DNA of 64,000 nucleotides, taken from contig CAVRAY010000001.1 in NCBI GenBank assembly GCA_963719225.1, forward strand, positions 2,112,001-2,176,000. The letters run 5' to 3'. The notes under the pieces are model-generated. The model was not told the DNA's origin, ran no database searches, and was given only the letters and a program-made list of their open reading frames with translations. A program made the position numbers and the translations under genes. Source of the stretch: Thermoanaerobaculia bacterium (GTDB lineage Bacteria; Acidobacteriota; Thermoanaerobaculia; UBA5066). Shown here piece after piece: positions 31,754 through 41,129 of this stretch (position 1 is its first letter; the number at the start of each line of letters is the position of its first letter).

Positions 31754-33784
31754 ATGAGTGACTCCCTGCAGGCTCTTTTTCGCCCGAATGGTCTGGCCGT
31801 CATCGGCGCCTCCGCGAAGCCCGGCAAGCTCGGCTTCACGATTTTCAAGAACATCCTCGACGCGGGATTCGGCGGCCCGGTCATTCCCGTGAACCCGAAG
31901 GGCGAGACGATTCTCGGAGTCCCGTCCGTCAAGTCGGTGGAGGACGTCCCTTCCGGCACCGACCTGGCGGTCGTCATCGTTCCGGCCGCATCCGTCCCCG
32001 CAACCATCCTCCAGCTCGGCGAACGAAAGGTTCGCGCGGCCATCGTCATCACGGGAGGATTCGCCGAATCGGGAGCGGATGGAGCCCGCTTGCAGGAAGA
32101 GGTCAAGCGAAACGCCGCTCAATGCGGCATCCGGGTGGTCGGGCCGAACTGCCAGGGCGTGAACTATCCGCACAACGGTCTCTGCGCGTCATGGCCCCTG
32201 ATCACCCGGAAGGGCGCGATGGCCATTGCCTCGCAGAGCGGAACGGTCGGGGCCGCTCTCATCGACTGGGCCGCCGAGGAGAGACTCGGCTTCTCGGCGT
32301 TCGTGAGCATGGGGAACAGGATCGACGTGGACGAGGCCGACCTGATCGAGTTCTTCGCCGCCGATCCGAACACGAAAGTGATCACGCTCTACATCGAAGG
32401 TGTGAAGGATGCTCCGCGCTTTCTGTCGGCCGTCCGGGCATGCCCGAAACCCATCGTGATCTTCAAGGCCGGGCGGACGGACCAGGGACGCAAAGCGGCC
32501 GAATCGCACACCCGCTCGCTCGCCGGGAAGGACGAGATCTACGACGCCGTCTTCCGGCAATTCGGCATCCACCGCGCGGCCTCTCTCGAGGAGCTCTACG
32601 ACTTCTCCAAGGCTCTGGCCTACGTGCCGGCTCCCGCCGGACCGCGGATGCTCATCGTCACGAGCTCGGGAGGGTCCGCGATCATCGCGACGGACGTCGC
32701 AGCGGACAATGGTTTTCGAATCAGCCCGCTGCCCGCTTCCCTTGCAGCGCGGCTACGGGAATTTCTCCCGTCTCACTTCATCGTCGGGAACCCGCTCGAT
32801 CTCACGGGGGACGGCGACGCTGAGGTCTTCCGACGCGTCATCGCGACGGCACGGGATCACTACGACGTCGTCCTGACGATCTTCGGCGATCCGATTCCCG
32901 GCGCATCGAAAGCGCTGGAGCCGGGGAACACGGACCTCGTCGCGTATCTCGGAGGCGCCGACGTCGAAAGGACCGAGCGTCTGCTCTTTCACGAAAAGGG
33001 GATTGCCGTTTTCCCGACGCCGGACCGCGCCGTGAAGGCGTATTCCTGCCATGTCCGCTTTGCCCGCGACCGGTTTCCCCGGATGCCCGAGGCGCCTGCC
33101 GCTTCCGCGGCTCCGACCTCCTCCGCAAAGTCCCTTTCGCCCGGCGACTCGATGTCTTTCCTGGCGCACGAGGGAATCAACGTCGCGCCTTCGGCGCAGG
33201 CGGGGACGGAGGACGAAGCGGTCGCGGCCGCCCGGAGAATCGGCTATCCCGTGGCAGTGAAAATGAACTCCCCGGACGTGACGCACAAGAGCGACGTGGG
33301 AGGAGTGGTCCTGAACGTGAAGGAGGAGACGGGAGTTCGCGCGGCCTTCCACGACCTCGAGCGCATCGTGCGCCAGCTGGGGGCGCGATCTGGCGGAGTC
33401 CTCGTCAGCGCGATGGCCGCGCGGGGGCTCGAGATCATCGTGGGCGTGACCCGCGATCTCCAGTTCGGCCACGCCGTGATGTTCGGCATGGGGGGAACCC
33501 TCGTCGAGGTCTTCAAGGACGTGTCGTTCCGTATCGTTCCCTTCGGTGAGGAGGACGCGGCCGAGATGATCGGGGAAACCAAGGGAGCGAAGCTGTTGGA
33601 GGGCGTGCGCGGCGGAAGGCCCGCCGACGTGGCGGCGCTCCGCCAGCTTCTCGTTCAGGTCTCCGGCCTCGTGACGCGGCACCCCGAGATCGACGAGATG
33701 GACCTGAATCCGGTCATCGTCCACGAGAAAGGCCTGACGGTCGTGGACAGCAGGGTCGTTCTGTCCGCGGAAAGAACGGGATGA
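31754..33784 (+). CDS. ADP-forming acyl-CoA synthetase (fused alpha-beta acetate--CoA ligase family)
   Basis: AVIGAS..KLG, GPNCQG, SQSG, AAESHT (phospho-His present), THKSDVGGV, MDLNP. Confidence 0.9.
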   Translation: MSDSLQALFRPNGLAVIGASAKPGKLGFTIFKNILDAGFGGPVIPVNPKGETILGVPSVKSVEDVPSGTDLAVVIVPAASVPATILQLGERKVRAAIVITGGFAESGADGARLQEEVKRNAAQCGIRVVGPNCQGVNYPHNGLCASWPLITRKGAMAIASQSGTVGAALIDWAAEERLGFSAFVSMGNRIDVDEADLIEFFAADPNTKVITLYIEGVKDAPRFLSAVRACPKPIVIFKAGRTDQGRKAAESHTRSLAGKDEIYDAVFRQFGIHRAASLEELYDFSKALAYVPAPAGPRMLIVTSSGGSAIIATDVAADNGFRISPLPASLAARLREFLPSHFIVGNPLDLTGDGDAEVFRRVIATARDHYDVVLTIFGDPIPGASKALEPGNTDLVAYLGGADVERTERLLFHEKGIAVFPTPDRAVKAYSCHVRFARDRFPRMPEAPAASAAPTSSAKSLSPGDSMSFLAHEGINVAPSAQAGTEDEAVAAARRIGYPVAVKMNSPDVTHKSDVGGVVLNVKEETGVRAAFHDLERIVRQLGARSGGVLVSAMAARGLEIIVGVTRDLQFGHAVMFGMGGTLVEVFKDVSFRIVPFGEEDAAEMIGETKGAKLLEGVRGGRPADVAALRQLLVQVSGLVTRHPEIDEMDLNPVIVHEKGLTVVDSRVVLSAERTG

Positions 33785-33880
33785 AGAGGAGATTCTCTTA
33801 GAAGGTGAGGGGACTGTCGGACGCCCGACAAACGCCCCAGCGGGTCATGGGCCCCAGCGACACTCACCCTTCTAAGAAGG
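33785..33880. repeat. Intergenic inverted pair of the motif between convergent genes
   Basis: GAGATTCTCTTAGAAGGTGAG versus CTCACCCTTCTAAGAA (core 33870-33878). Confidence 0.6.
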
Positions 33881-34666
33881 CGGCGCGTAGCGCCGCTGAC
33901 CGAACGCCTTTTTGATGAACCGCGTCGAAGCCCCGAGAACCTCCTCCGGCCGCTCCGAATGCGGGGAGTGGCCGCAACCCGGAAGGATCAGGGACTCCGC
34001 CGGCCCGCCGACCTGCGTCACGATCGCGTCCACCTGCTTTTGAGTGCCGTACTGGTCGTCCTCGCCCTGGACGACGAGCACGGGGCACTCGATCGCCGGC
34101 AAATACTCCTCGAGGTTCCACTGCCGGAACCCGGGGCTGAGCCAGACGTCGGACCACCCTCTGAACATCGAATCGGCGTTGTCGCCGTGGTGCCGGGCGA
34201 GGCGCTCTTTCAGGCGCGTCGTCTCGTAATCCGCCGTGATTCGCGTGATCCCTTCGACGCTGACAGGTTCCACGAAGACGTGCGGCGCCTCGACGACCAG
34301 CGCGCGGACCGAACGTGGATGCGCGCCCGCATGGATGAGCGCGATCGAAGCGCCGTCGCTGTGGCCGAAAAGGACGGCGTGATCGAGCTCGAAGTGATCG
34401 AGAACGGCGGGCAGCATCTCGAGGGCCTCGTCGTGCATGTAATGCACCGGTCGCGGCCCGCGCAAGGGGTCGGATCCGCCATATCCCGTCCTGCTGTACA
34501 CGAGAGCGCCGCAGCCGGTCGCGGCGGCCAGTCGATCGGGGAAGTCGCGCCACATCGCGACACATCCGAGCCCCTCGTGCAGAAAGACGATCGACGGCGC
34601 TTCGCTCGGTCGCGGCCCGACCCAGCGGTATTCCAGGTGCCGCCCGAGTATTTCGAACGTCGTCAA
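33872..34666 (-). CDS. Alpha/beta hydrolase
   Basis: TTG 34666; FLHEGLG, GHSDGASIAL, QGEDDQYG, GHSPH. Confidence 0.88.
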   Translation of the reverse strand: MTTFEILGRHLEYRWVGPRPSEAPSIVFLHEGLGCVAMWRDFPDRLAAATGCGALVYSRTGYGGSDPLRGPRPVHYMHDEALEMLPAVLDHFELDHAVLFGHSDGASIALIHAGAHPRSVRALVVEAPHVFVEPVSVEGITRITADYETTRLKERLARHHGDNADSMFRGWSDVWLSPGFRQWNLEEYLPAIECPVLVVQGEDDQYGTQKQVDAIVTQVGGPAESLILPGCGHSPHSERPEEVLGASTRFIKKAFGQRRYAPPS

Positions 34667-34673
34667 CGGGCCG

Positions 34674-35084
34674 TCAGGCCTTCGGTCCGCGGCGCGCCGC
34701 GCCCGCGACGAGCCTCTCGGTCGTGACGACGGCCCGCTTGTGCGTGCAGCGGCCGATCTCCCCCGCGTCATCCGTGGCGAGGATCTCGAACACGAAGAGC
34801 TTTCCCTCGCGTCCGAGGAACTTCGCGGTGGCCGAGACAGTGGCGCCCACGGGGGTGGCCGCGGTGTGGACGACGTCGAGGGTGACGCCGACCGAGAGCT
34901 CGCCCGGACGAAGGTGCGGCCGGAGAAGGCGCGCCGCCGCGAGCTCCATGAGAGCCACCATGCGGGACGTCGCGAAGACGGCCGGAAACGCGTCCTCGGG
35001 CTCGAGGTTGAGGGCGCTGGCGAGGTCGGAAGGCGCAACGACGAAGTGCGCCGAGGCGGTCGAGTCGGCTTCGGGTTCGCTCAT
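34674..35084 (-). CDS. Hotdog-fold thioesterase (FlK fluoroacetyl-CoA thioesterase-like)
   Basis: VFATSRMVALMELAA, SVG..DVVHTAATPVG, HKRAVV. Confidence 0.85.
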   Translation of the reverse strand: MSEPEADSTASAHFVVAPSDLASALNLEPEDAFPAVFATSRMVALMELAAARLLRPHLRPGELSVGVTLDVVHTAATPVGATVSATAKFLGREGKLFVFEILATDDAGEIGRCTHKRAVVTTERLVAGAARRGPKA

Positions 35085-35275
35085 GACGTGGCGGACTATA
35101 TGCCGCTTCGGCAGGCCTGAGTCAGAGCAACTGCCTGACGCGCGGACCCATCAGGCCCTCGGCACGGGCGGGAACCGCCGTCAGCGACCCGCCTTCGAGG
35201 CAAGACCATCGGGTTCACGGCGCGGCATGTTAGATCAGTTCCCCGACGCGTCCCGCGCGCGCCCGGGCGCTCTTC

Positions 35276-36943
35276 CTATTTCGCGGGCACCGGCTCCTTG
35301 TCGCGAAGGACCCGTCGGAGGAGCTTCCCCTGCAGCGTGCGCGGCAGCTCGGTGACGAACTCCACGATCCGCGGCAGCTTGTAGATCGCGACGTGATCCC
35401 GGCAGCTGTCGATGAGCTGCTGCTTCAGCTCCTCGCTCGGCGTGAAGCCGGGTTTCAGGATGACGGCCGCCTTGACGTTCTGCCCCCGGACGGGATCGGG
35501 AATGCCGATCACGCCGGCGTCGGCCACGGCCGGGTGCTTGAGCAGCGCGTCCTCGATCTCCTCGGGGCCGATCCGATAGCCGGAGCTCTTGATCAGGTCC
35601 TCCTGCCGCGAGACGAAGCTGAGATATCCCTCCTCGTCCATCGTGCAGAAGTCGCCGACCAGGACCCAGCCTTCGCGAATGAGCGATTTCTGTTTTTCGA
35701 GAAGGTTCCCTCCCTCCTCGAGCGGGCGCCAGTAGAGCGTTCCCGTGGGGCCGCGGGCATAGAGCCTTCCGAGCTCTCCGGTTTTCGCGACCTTGCCGTC
35801 TTCCGTGATGACCTGGATCTCGTACCCGGGCACCGCCGTGCCGATCGCCCCGGGCTTCACCTTTCGCGTGACGACGCTCGAGACGAAGACGTACATCATC
35901 TCCGTCGTCCCGAGCCCCTCGTAGATCTCCTGGCCGAAACGGGCTTTCCAGTCCAGATACGTCTTCGCGGTCAGAGACTCGCCGCCGCCCGTCAGGACGC
36001 GGAGGCTGGACAGGTCGAACTTCTTGTCGGTGCCCGCGAATTCGAGCATCTTGCGGTAGGCCGTGGGGAGCGCGCTCAGGATCGTCACCTTGTGGCTCTG
36101 GATCTGCTCGAAGAGCCCCTCGGGAGTGAACTTTGCGATCAGGGACGCGGCGGCGCCGAACCGGAACGGAATCGTCGCCACCGTCGAATAACCGCCTGCG
36201 AGCGAGATGGGCGCCGGGCCGCAGAGGACGTCCTCGGGCTGTACGTTCCATCCGTACTTTCCCATCGTGTCCGGAACGATCAGCGCCTCTTCCATGTAGT
36301 GAGCGGTTCCCTTGGGCATGCCCGTCGTCCCCGACGTGTAGAGAAGGACGGAGACCGCCGTGCGCGGACGGCGAACGGGATCGAAAGCCGGAGGCTCGTT
36401 CGCGACCAGCTCTTCGTAGCAGAGAAGCCCCTGCTCCTTCAGCTCCTCCGGCTTTCCACCGAAAACGACGACGTGCTTGGCCGTCTTGAGGTTCGGCCGG
36501 GCCTTGACGACCCCCTCCGCGAACGCCGCCGCGACGACGATCACCTTCGCCTCGGCGTTGTTGGCGATGTGGGCGATCTCGTTGGGCGAGAGCATGTGCG
36601 AGGTCGGGACCATGACGGCTCCGAGCCTCAGAACTCCGAAGTTCGTGAACAGCGCGGGCGGAACGTTCGGCGACCGGAGCATGACCCGGTCCGTCTCCTC
36701 CACCCCCAGCTTCCTCAGGGCATTGCCGATCTTGCAGGCCGCCCCCAGGAGCTGTTTGTACGTGATGACCTTGTCACCGAACAGGATTGCGGGCCTGTCG
36801 CCCCGTCCCGCGGCGATCTGCTTGTCGAGCAGCTCTTCGGTGCTGTTCAGCGGATCGGGATAGCTCGCGAACTCCTTGAGCTTGTAGATCCGCTGGGGCT
36901 GGAATTCCTTCGGGGGCAGGTAGTCCGCGGGAATCGTGCTCAA
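35276..36943 (-). CDS. AMP-forming acyl/aryl-CoA ligase (benzoate-CoA ligase-like)
   Basis: TTG 36943; YTSGTTGMPKG, YEGLGTTE, GD, IKSSGYRIGPEEIE, C-terminal PRTLQGK (PX4GK). Confidence 0.9.
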   Translation of the reverse strand: MSTIPADYLPPKEFQPQRIYKLKEFASYPDPLNSTEELLDKQIAAGRGDRPAILFGDKVITYKQLLGAACKIGNALRKLGVEETDRVMLRSPNVPPALFTNFGVLRLGAVMVPTSHMLSPNEIAHIANNAEAKVIVVAAAFAEGVVKARPNLKTAKHVVVFGGKPEELKEQGLLCYEELVANEPPAFDPVRRPRTAVSVLLYTSGTTGMPKGTAHYMEEALIVPDTMGKYGWNVQPEDVLCGPAPISLAGGYSTVATIPFRFGAAASLIAKFTPEGLFEQIQSHKVTILSALPTAYRKMLEFAGTDKKFDLSSLRVLTGGGESLTAKTYLDWKARFGQEIYEGLGTTEMMYVFVSSVVTRKVKPGAIGTAVPGYEIQVITEDGKVAKTGELGRLYARGPTGTLYWRPLEEGGNLLEKQKSLIREGWVLVGDFCTMDEEGYLSFVSRQEDLIKSSGYRIGPEEIEDALLKHPAVADAGVIGIPDPVRGQNVKAAVILKPGFTPSEELKQQLIDSCRDHVAIYKLPRIVEFVTELPRTLQGKLLRRVLRDKEPVPAK

Positions 36944-36947
36944 CGGG

Positions 36948-37325
36948 TCACCCTTCGTTCCTGGCCAGGTCGGCCAGGGCTTTTTCACATCCGACGAGGC
37001 CGCCCCGCGCCTGATCCTGCCTCGGGTAGGCATCGGTGGGGTAACGGTCCTTGGGGTCGCCGAAGACGAGAACGGCCGGCGTCACGCGGCCGAAGTCGGG
37101 CTCGAGCGCCCCCTTCATGCCGAAGACCGCCCGGACCGTGGCGGGTGGACCCGTCAGTGCCGAGTGGTAAAAGCGAAACACGTCCGGCACTCCTGAGACG
37201 TCGATCGCCTCGGCGTCGACACCCTTGGCCTTCAGCTCCTTGACTTTTTCCAAGGCGGCCGCCACGTTGCACGGGTACTGCTCGCCTGGCTTGTCCTTGG
37301 TGGAATAGTAGAACTTGACTTTCAT
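36948..37325 (-). CDS. Hypothetical protein, possibly thioredoxin-like fold
   Basis: ATG 37325 after AGGAG; KVKFYY..C..EAIDV..VTPAVLVF; in operon. Confidence 0.7.
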   Translation of the reverse strand: MKVKFYYSTKDKPGEQYPCNVAAALEKVKELKAKGVDAEAIDVSGVPDVFRFYHSALTGPPATVRAVFGMKGALEPDFGRVTPAVLVFGDPKDRYPTDAYPRQDQARGGLVGCEKALADLARNEG

Positions 37326-37336
37326 TGTGTCTCCTC

Positions 37337-37720
37337 TCAGACATCCATGGGGCAGTTCACCTGCCATTCCGTCTCGAAGTACGCGTCCCCAAGCCACTCG
37401 TGGATGTGGACGCGATGCTCCTCCAGAATCGTAAAATCCTCACCTAACTCGAGGCACACGATGGAACGAGCCTCGGCGTCGAAGTAGCGAAGGGCATACC
37501 GGCCGGCTTCGACCCGAGGGGCATCGATGAGACGAAGCCCCTCGAAGCCGAAACCGATCTTGTGCATCACCACTTCGAGCTCGTAAGTGACGTCTCCGAC
37601 GACGAGACACGAGGCGCCGGACCCGAGCTGTCCGTACCGCTTCTCGAACTCCTCCCGGAGGCTCGCCACGAAATTTTCCTGCTGTCTTACGCTTTCTTCT
37701 TGATCGGGGGCTTCGGACAC
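37337..37720 (-). CDS. Hypothetical acidic protein, paralog of 21402-21734
   Basis: GTG 37720 after GGAGG; RYGQLGSG..IDA..RYFD..EWLGD..CPMDV. Confidence 0.75.
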   Translation of the reverse strand: MSEAPDQEESVRQQENFVASLREEFEKRYGQLGSGASCLVVGDVTYELEVVMHKIGFGFEGLRLIDAPRVEAGRYALRYFDAEARSIVCLELGEDFTILEEHRVHIHEWLGDAYFETEWQVNCPMDV

Positions 37721-37881
37721 TCGCCCTCCAGGCCGCCGATCGGAACCATCACGGTGAAGGGCCACTCGCGGGCCTTGCAGTACCCGAGGTATGCCCGCAG
37801 GATGTTCGGATCCAGCGCCGCCTCGAAATACTCGCAGCACTTGTAGGTCGACCCTTCTTTCTTCTTTTCGGTCTCTGCCAC
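37687..37881 (-). CDS. Small 4-Cys hypothetical protein (64 aa)
   Basis: GTG after AGGAG; YKCCEYF..GYCK..ECP; tightly packed in operon. Confidence 0.68.
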   Translation of the reverse strand: MAETEKKKEGSTYKCCEYFEAALDPNILRAYLGYCKAREWPFTVMVPIGGLEGECPKPPIKKKA

Positions 37882-37897
37882 GGCTGTTTCTCCTTCC

Positions 37898-38296
37898 TCA
37901 GGCCTTGTGCTGGTCCACGATGAACCGAGGGCGGCTTCCGATCAGATCTTCTTTCTTGAGCGGACTGCCGCTGACCGGCTTTCCCCTGAGGCTCTGCTTG
38001 ATGTGTTTCTGCTTTCCGCTGAAGGGATCGGGCCGCGCCTGCGGTGCCGGCCGGATCTTGTCACTGGTGATGGGGGTACCGGCCTTGTCCTCGGCGTAAC
38101 CCGGCAGCAGATCGGCCTTCCCGGAGCCTGCCGTCGGTCCGCTCGTGAGCTGGCCCTTGGCGAACGTCACGGCATAGATCGTGTCGCAAGTCGCGCATTT
38201 CGTATTGCCGCTGAAGTTCCAGAACGGGTACGGGTCCAGGAAATTCTTGGTGGAGCACTTGGCGCACGTGAGCACCAGGCCCTGATTGATGGCCAT
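37898..38296 (-). CDS. Zn-ribbon/rubredoxin-like hypothetical protein
   Basis: CAKC-x19-CATC; starts 1 bp after the CoA-transferase stop, with a GGAGG Shine-Dalgarno. Confidence 0.78.
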   Translation of the reverse strand: MAINQGLVLTCAKCSTKNFLDPYPFWNFSGNTKCATCDTIYAVTFAKGQLTSGPTAGSGKADLLPGYAEDKAGTPITSDKIRPAPQARPDPFSGKQKHIKQSLRGKPVSGSPLKKEDLIGSRPRFIVDQHKA

Positions 38297-38297
38297 C

Positions 38298-39641
38298 TCA
38301 GATCACCTCCATCTCTTCCATCTTCGCGAGCTTCGCCTTCGACCACCCGAGAAGCCGGCCGTAAACCCTCTCGTTATCGGCGCCCACGGGCTTCAGCGCC
38401 CACTTGAGGCGGGGAGGCGTCTCGGACATCTTGAAGGCAGGCCCCTGATGGTGGAGGTCGCCGTAAATCGGGTCGTCGTACCACTGGACCGCGCCGCGCA
38501 TCTTCCAGTGGTCATTCTCCGACACTTCCTTGGCGTTCCAGACCGGCTGGTTGTTGATTCCCGCCTTGTCGAGGAGCTTGGCAACGTCTTCCTTGGTCTT
38601 GTCCTTCGCCCAGGCCTCGATGGCCTCGTAGACGGTGCCCTGGTTCTCGGCCTTGACGCGGTCGTCGTGCTTCGCGAACTTCGTGGCGAGGTCCTTCGCC
38701 CCGATCACGTCGCAGAGCTTCTTGAAGTCCTCGTCCGTGTGGGCCGTGACGAGGCAATAACCCACCTCGGCCTCTTGAGGATTCTTGGAGTCCGGATAGG
38801 ACGACTTGCCGCACTGGATGATCCCGTGCGCGCAGAGCTCCGTGTCCCAGTTGCCCCAGCGCTCGCGGCGAACGCCGTAGCGGCCGTAGAGAGGCAGCGA
38901 ATACTCGAGAAGCCTCTGGACGCCGTGCACCTGGGAGTACTCGATGAACGTGCCCTTGCCCGAGACCGTGTCCCGATAGTAAAGCGCCGCGAGGATCGTG
39001 ACGGCGGCCATCATGCCGCCCCAGTAGTCCGCGAGCCAGATCGTGTGCTTCGCAGGCGTTCCACCCCGGTCGGCGGCTTCACCCGTGATCCCGAACGCTC
39101 CGCCCATGGCCTGACCCAGGATGTCGTAGGACGCCCGGACGCGCCCCGGGCCCCACCCGCCGAAACCGCCGAGCCACTGGTAGATGAGGCGCGGGTTGAC
39201 CTTGGAGAGATGCTGGTAGCCCATCCCCCACCGGTCGAAAGTTCCGGGCCGGAAGTTCTGGACGAAGACGTCCGCCTTGGACGCCAGCTCCAGCATCGCG
39301 GCCTTCGCCTCCGGGCGGTGGAAGTCGAGCGTGATGAACTCCTCGTTCGTGTTCGCCCCGAAGAAACCGAGGCCCGTCCCTGCTTCCGGCACCCAGCGGG
39401 AGAGCGGGAAGAGGAGCGGCTCGTTGAACGGGGTCGTGTGGCGCATCGGCTCGCCGCGCCGAGGCGTCTCGATCTTGATGACCTCGGCTCCCAGCTCGGC
39501 CAGGTAGGCCGCGCAGGAGGGACCGAGGATGTATTGAGTGCAGGAGAGGACGCGAGTGCCCTTCAGGACTTCCGGCTTGCCGGACGCCGTCTTGTGGTCG
39601 AAGAGCTGCTGACAATAGGTTTCGAAGTCGGGTGTTGCCAT
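38298..39641 (-). CDS. Family III (CaiB/BaiF) CoA-transferase, subunit/paralog 2
   Basis: LAELGAEVIKIE..GEPMR, DVFVQNFRPG, NPRLIY, WLADYWGG (catalytic Asp position), GKGTFIE. Confidence 0.9.
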   Translation of the reverse strand: MATPDFETYCQQLFDHKTASGKPEVLKGTRVLSCTQYILGPSCAAYLAELGAEVIKIETPRRGEPMRHTTPFNEPLLFPLSRWVPEAGTGLGFFGANTNEEFITLDFHRPEAKAAMLELASKADVFVQNFRPGTFDRWGMGYQHLSKVNPRLIYQWLGGFGGWGPGRVRASYDILGQAMGGAFGITGEAADRGGTPAKHTIWLADYWGGMMAAVTILAALYYRDTVSGKGTFIEYSQVHGVQRLLEYSLPLYGRYGVRRERWGNWDTELCAHGIIQCGKSSYPDSKNPQEAEVGYCLVTAHTDEDFKKLCDVIGAKDLATKFAKHDDRVKAENQGTVYEAIEAWAKDKTKEDVAKLLDKAGINNQPVWNAKEVSENDHWKMRGAVQWYDDPIYGDLHHQGPAFKMSETPPRLKWALKPVGADNERVYGRLLGWSKAKLAKMEEMEVI

Positions 39642-39661
39642 CGTCTGTGCCTCCTAATTCC

Positions 39662-41077
39662 CTAGACCACGCCGCGCTTCTTGAGCTGCGCGAGATCCGA
39701 TGGCCCGATTCCAAGTAGACGCAGGAAGATCTCCCCGTTGTCGTAGCCGAGCGGCCGGCCGATCCACTTCAGCCGCCCCGGACACTCGCTGGCGAGCGCC
39801 GGGCTCGTGCCGTAGAGGACCTTCCCGTAGAGTCGGTCCTCGATCTCGTCGACGTGCCCGCGGTACTTGAAATGCGGGTCCTCGGCGACTTCGTCGATGT
39901 AATTGACGCCGCCGGACGCGACCTGCTGGGCCAGCAGGTGGTGCATGGCGTCAGCCCGCGAGTGGTCCTTCTGCCAGTCGGCGAGGACGGTGTAGGTCTT
40001 CACCTGGCGAAGATGCGGGAGCCTCGCCGTGACGGCGCGCAGGGACTTGTCGTCGAGAATCTCGTCCTCGAGGTCGGGTCGTGTCTGGCCCACCGTCCGC
40101 CAGATCCGGTACCAGAGGCGATCGTGTCCACCGCCCACCATGAAATAGCCGTCCTTGCAGGGATTGACGGCATAGATGTTGATCGCGAGGTCCCAGTTCC
40201 CGTAGCGCGGGCGGATGCTGCCGTCGAACCCGTACCAGCCCCAGTTGTAGTCGAGGATGCGGATGATCCCTTCGGCTGCCGTCGCCTCGATGAACTGACC
40301 CTTGCCCGAAACCTTGTCGCGGTAGAGGAGCGCGGCCAGGATTCCGATCGCCGCGGCGGTCCCGCCGACCTGGTCCGCCACCCAGAGCGCCGAGCGGGTC
40401 GGCCGTCCGCCGAATTCCTTCGGGAGGCCCGTGCCGTGGACGAACCCGCAAGCCGCCTGTGCCGTCGGGTCGAGGTTGCCCGGCTTGTCCTTGGACGGAC
40501 CCCACTGCCCCTTCTGCCCGACCCAGCAGTAGACGAGACGCGGGTTGATCTCCTTCAGCTGCCGGTAGCCGATGCCCCACGCGTCGAACTGCCCCGGCGG
40601 GTAATTCTCGATGAGAACGTCGCAGTGAACCGCCAGCTTCTTGAGGAGCTCGCGGCCCTCTTCCTTTTCGAGATTGAGGGTGATGGACTGCTTGTTCCTC
40701 ATCTCGTGGAGGAAGTGGAGGCCGATCGGCTCGCCGGTCTCGGCGTCCTTGAACATGTACTCCTTGCGGCCGAACGGTGTCTGCCACCTGAGCGGGTCGC
40801 CATCGGGCGGCTCGCACTTGATGGTGTCGGCGCCGAGCTCAGAGAGCATCGAGGAGGCCCAGTTGCCGATGATCATTCCCTTGCTCAGGTCGAGAACCCG
40901 AACCGTCGTCAGGTTCTCGGGCTTCTTGAAGTTCTCGGACTGCCTGAGATCTTTTTCGAGGGATAGGGGATATTCCTTGGCCTGGTCCGTCATCCCGGCG
41001 TAGACCTCGTCGGGTGTCGGGATCGGAACCGCCGGCCACGGCAGGACTTTGTGCTTTGGATACGTGGAATCAGCCAT
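39662..41077 (-). CDS. Family III (CaiB/BaiF) CoA-transferase, subunit/paralog 1
   Basis: LSELGADTIKCEPPDGDPLR, RNKQSITLNL, DVLIENYPPG, WVADQVGG, GKGQFIE. Confidence 0.9.
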   Translation of the reverse strand: MADSTYPKHKVLPWPAVPIPTPDEVYAGMTDQAKEYPLSLEKDLRQSENFKKPENLTTVRVLDLSKGMIIGNWASSMLSELGADTIKCEPPDGDPLRWQTPFGRKEYMFKDAETGEPIGLHFLHEMRNKQSITLNLEKEEGRELLKKLAVHCDVLIENYPPGQFDAWGIGYRQLKEINPRLVYCWVGQKGQWGPSKDKPGNLDPTAQAACGFVHGTGLPKEFGGRPTRSALWVADQVGGTAAAIGILAALLYRDKVSGKGQFIEATAAEGIIRILDYNWGWYGFDGSIRPRYGNWDLAINIYAVNPCKDGYFMVGGGHDRLWYRIWRTVGQTRPDLEDEILDDKSLRAVTARLPHLRQVKTYTVLADWQKDHSRADAMHHLLAQQVASGGVNYIDEVAEDPHFKYRGHVDEIEDRLYGKVLYGTSPALASECPGRLKWIGRPLGYDNGEIFLRLLGIGPSDLAQLKKRGVV

Positions 41078-41129
41078 TCTCTTCTCCTGTGGTTTATCGA
41101 AAAGCGTTCCGTGTCACGATCTGTGCCCG

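Noticed and set aside
33785-33880. Inverted repeat as IS/MITE ends
   Set aside because: No transposase or target-site duplication is visible; treated instead as a copy of the dispersed motif.
35085-35275. Intergenic region with small hairpins as an ncRNA
   Set aside because: Only short GC-rich stems with no recognisable family; it also contains the -10 box of the thioesterase gene.
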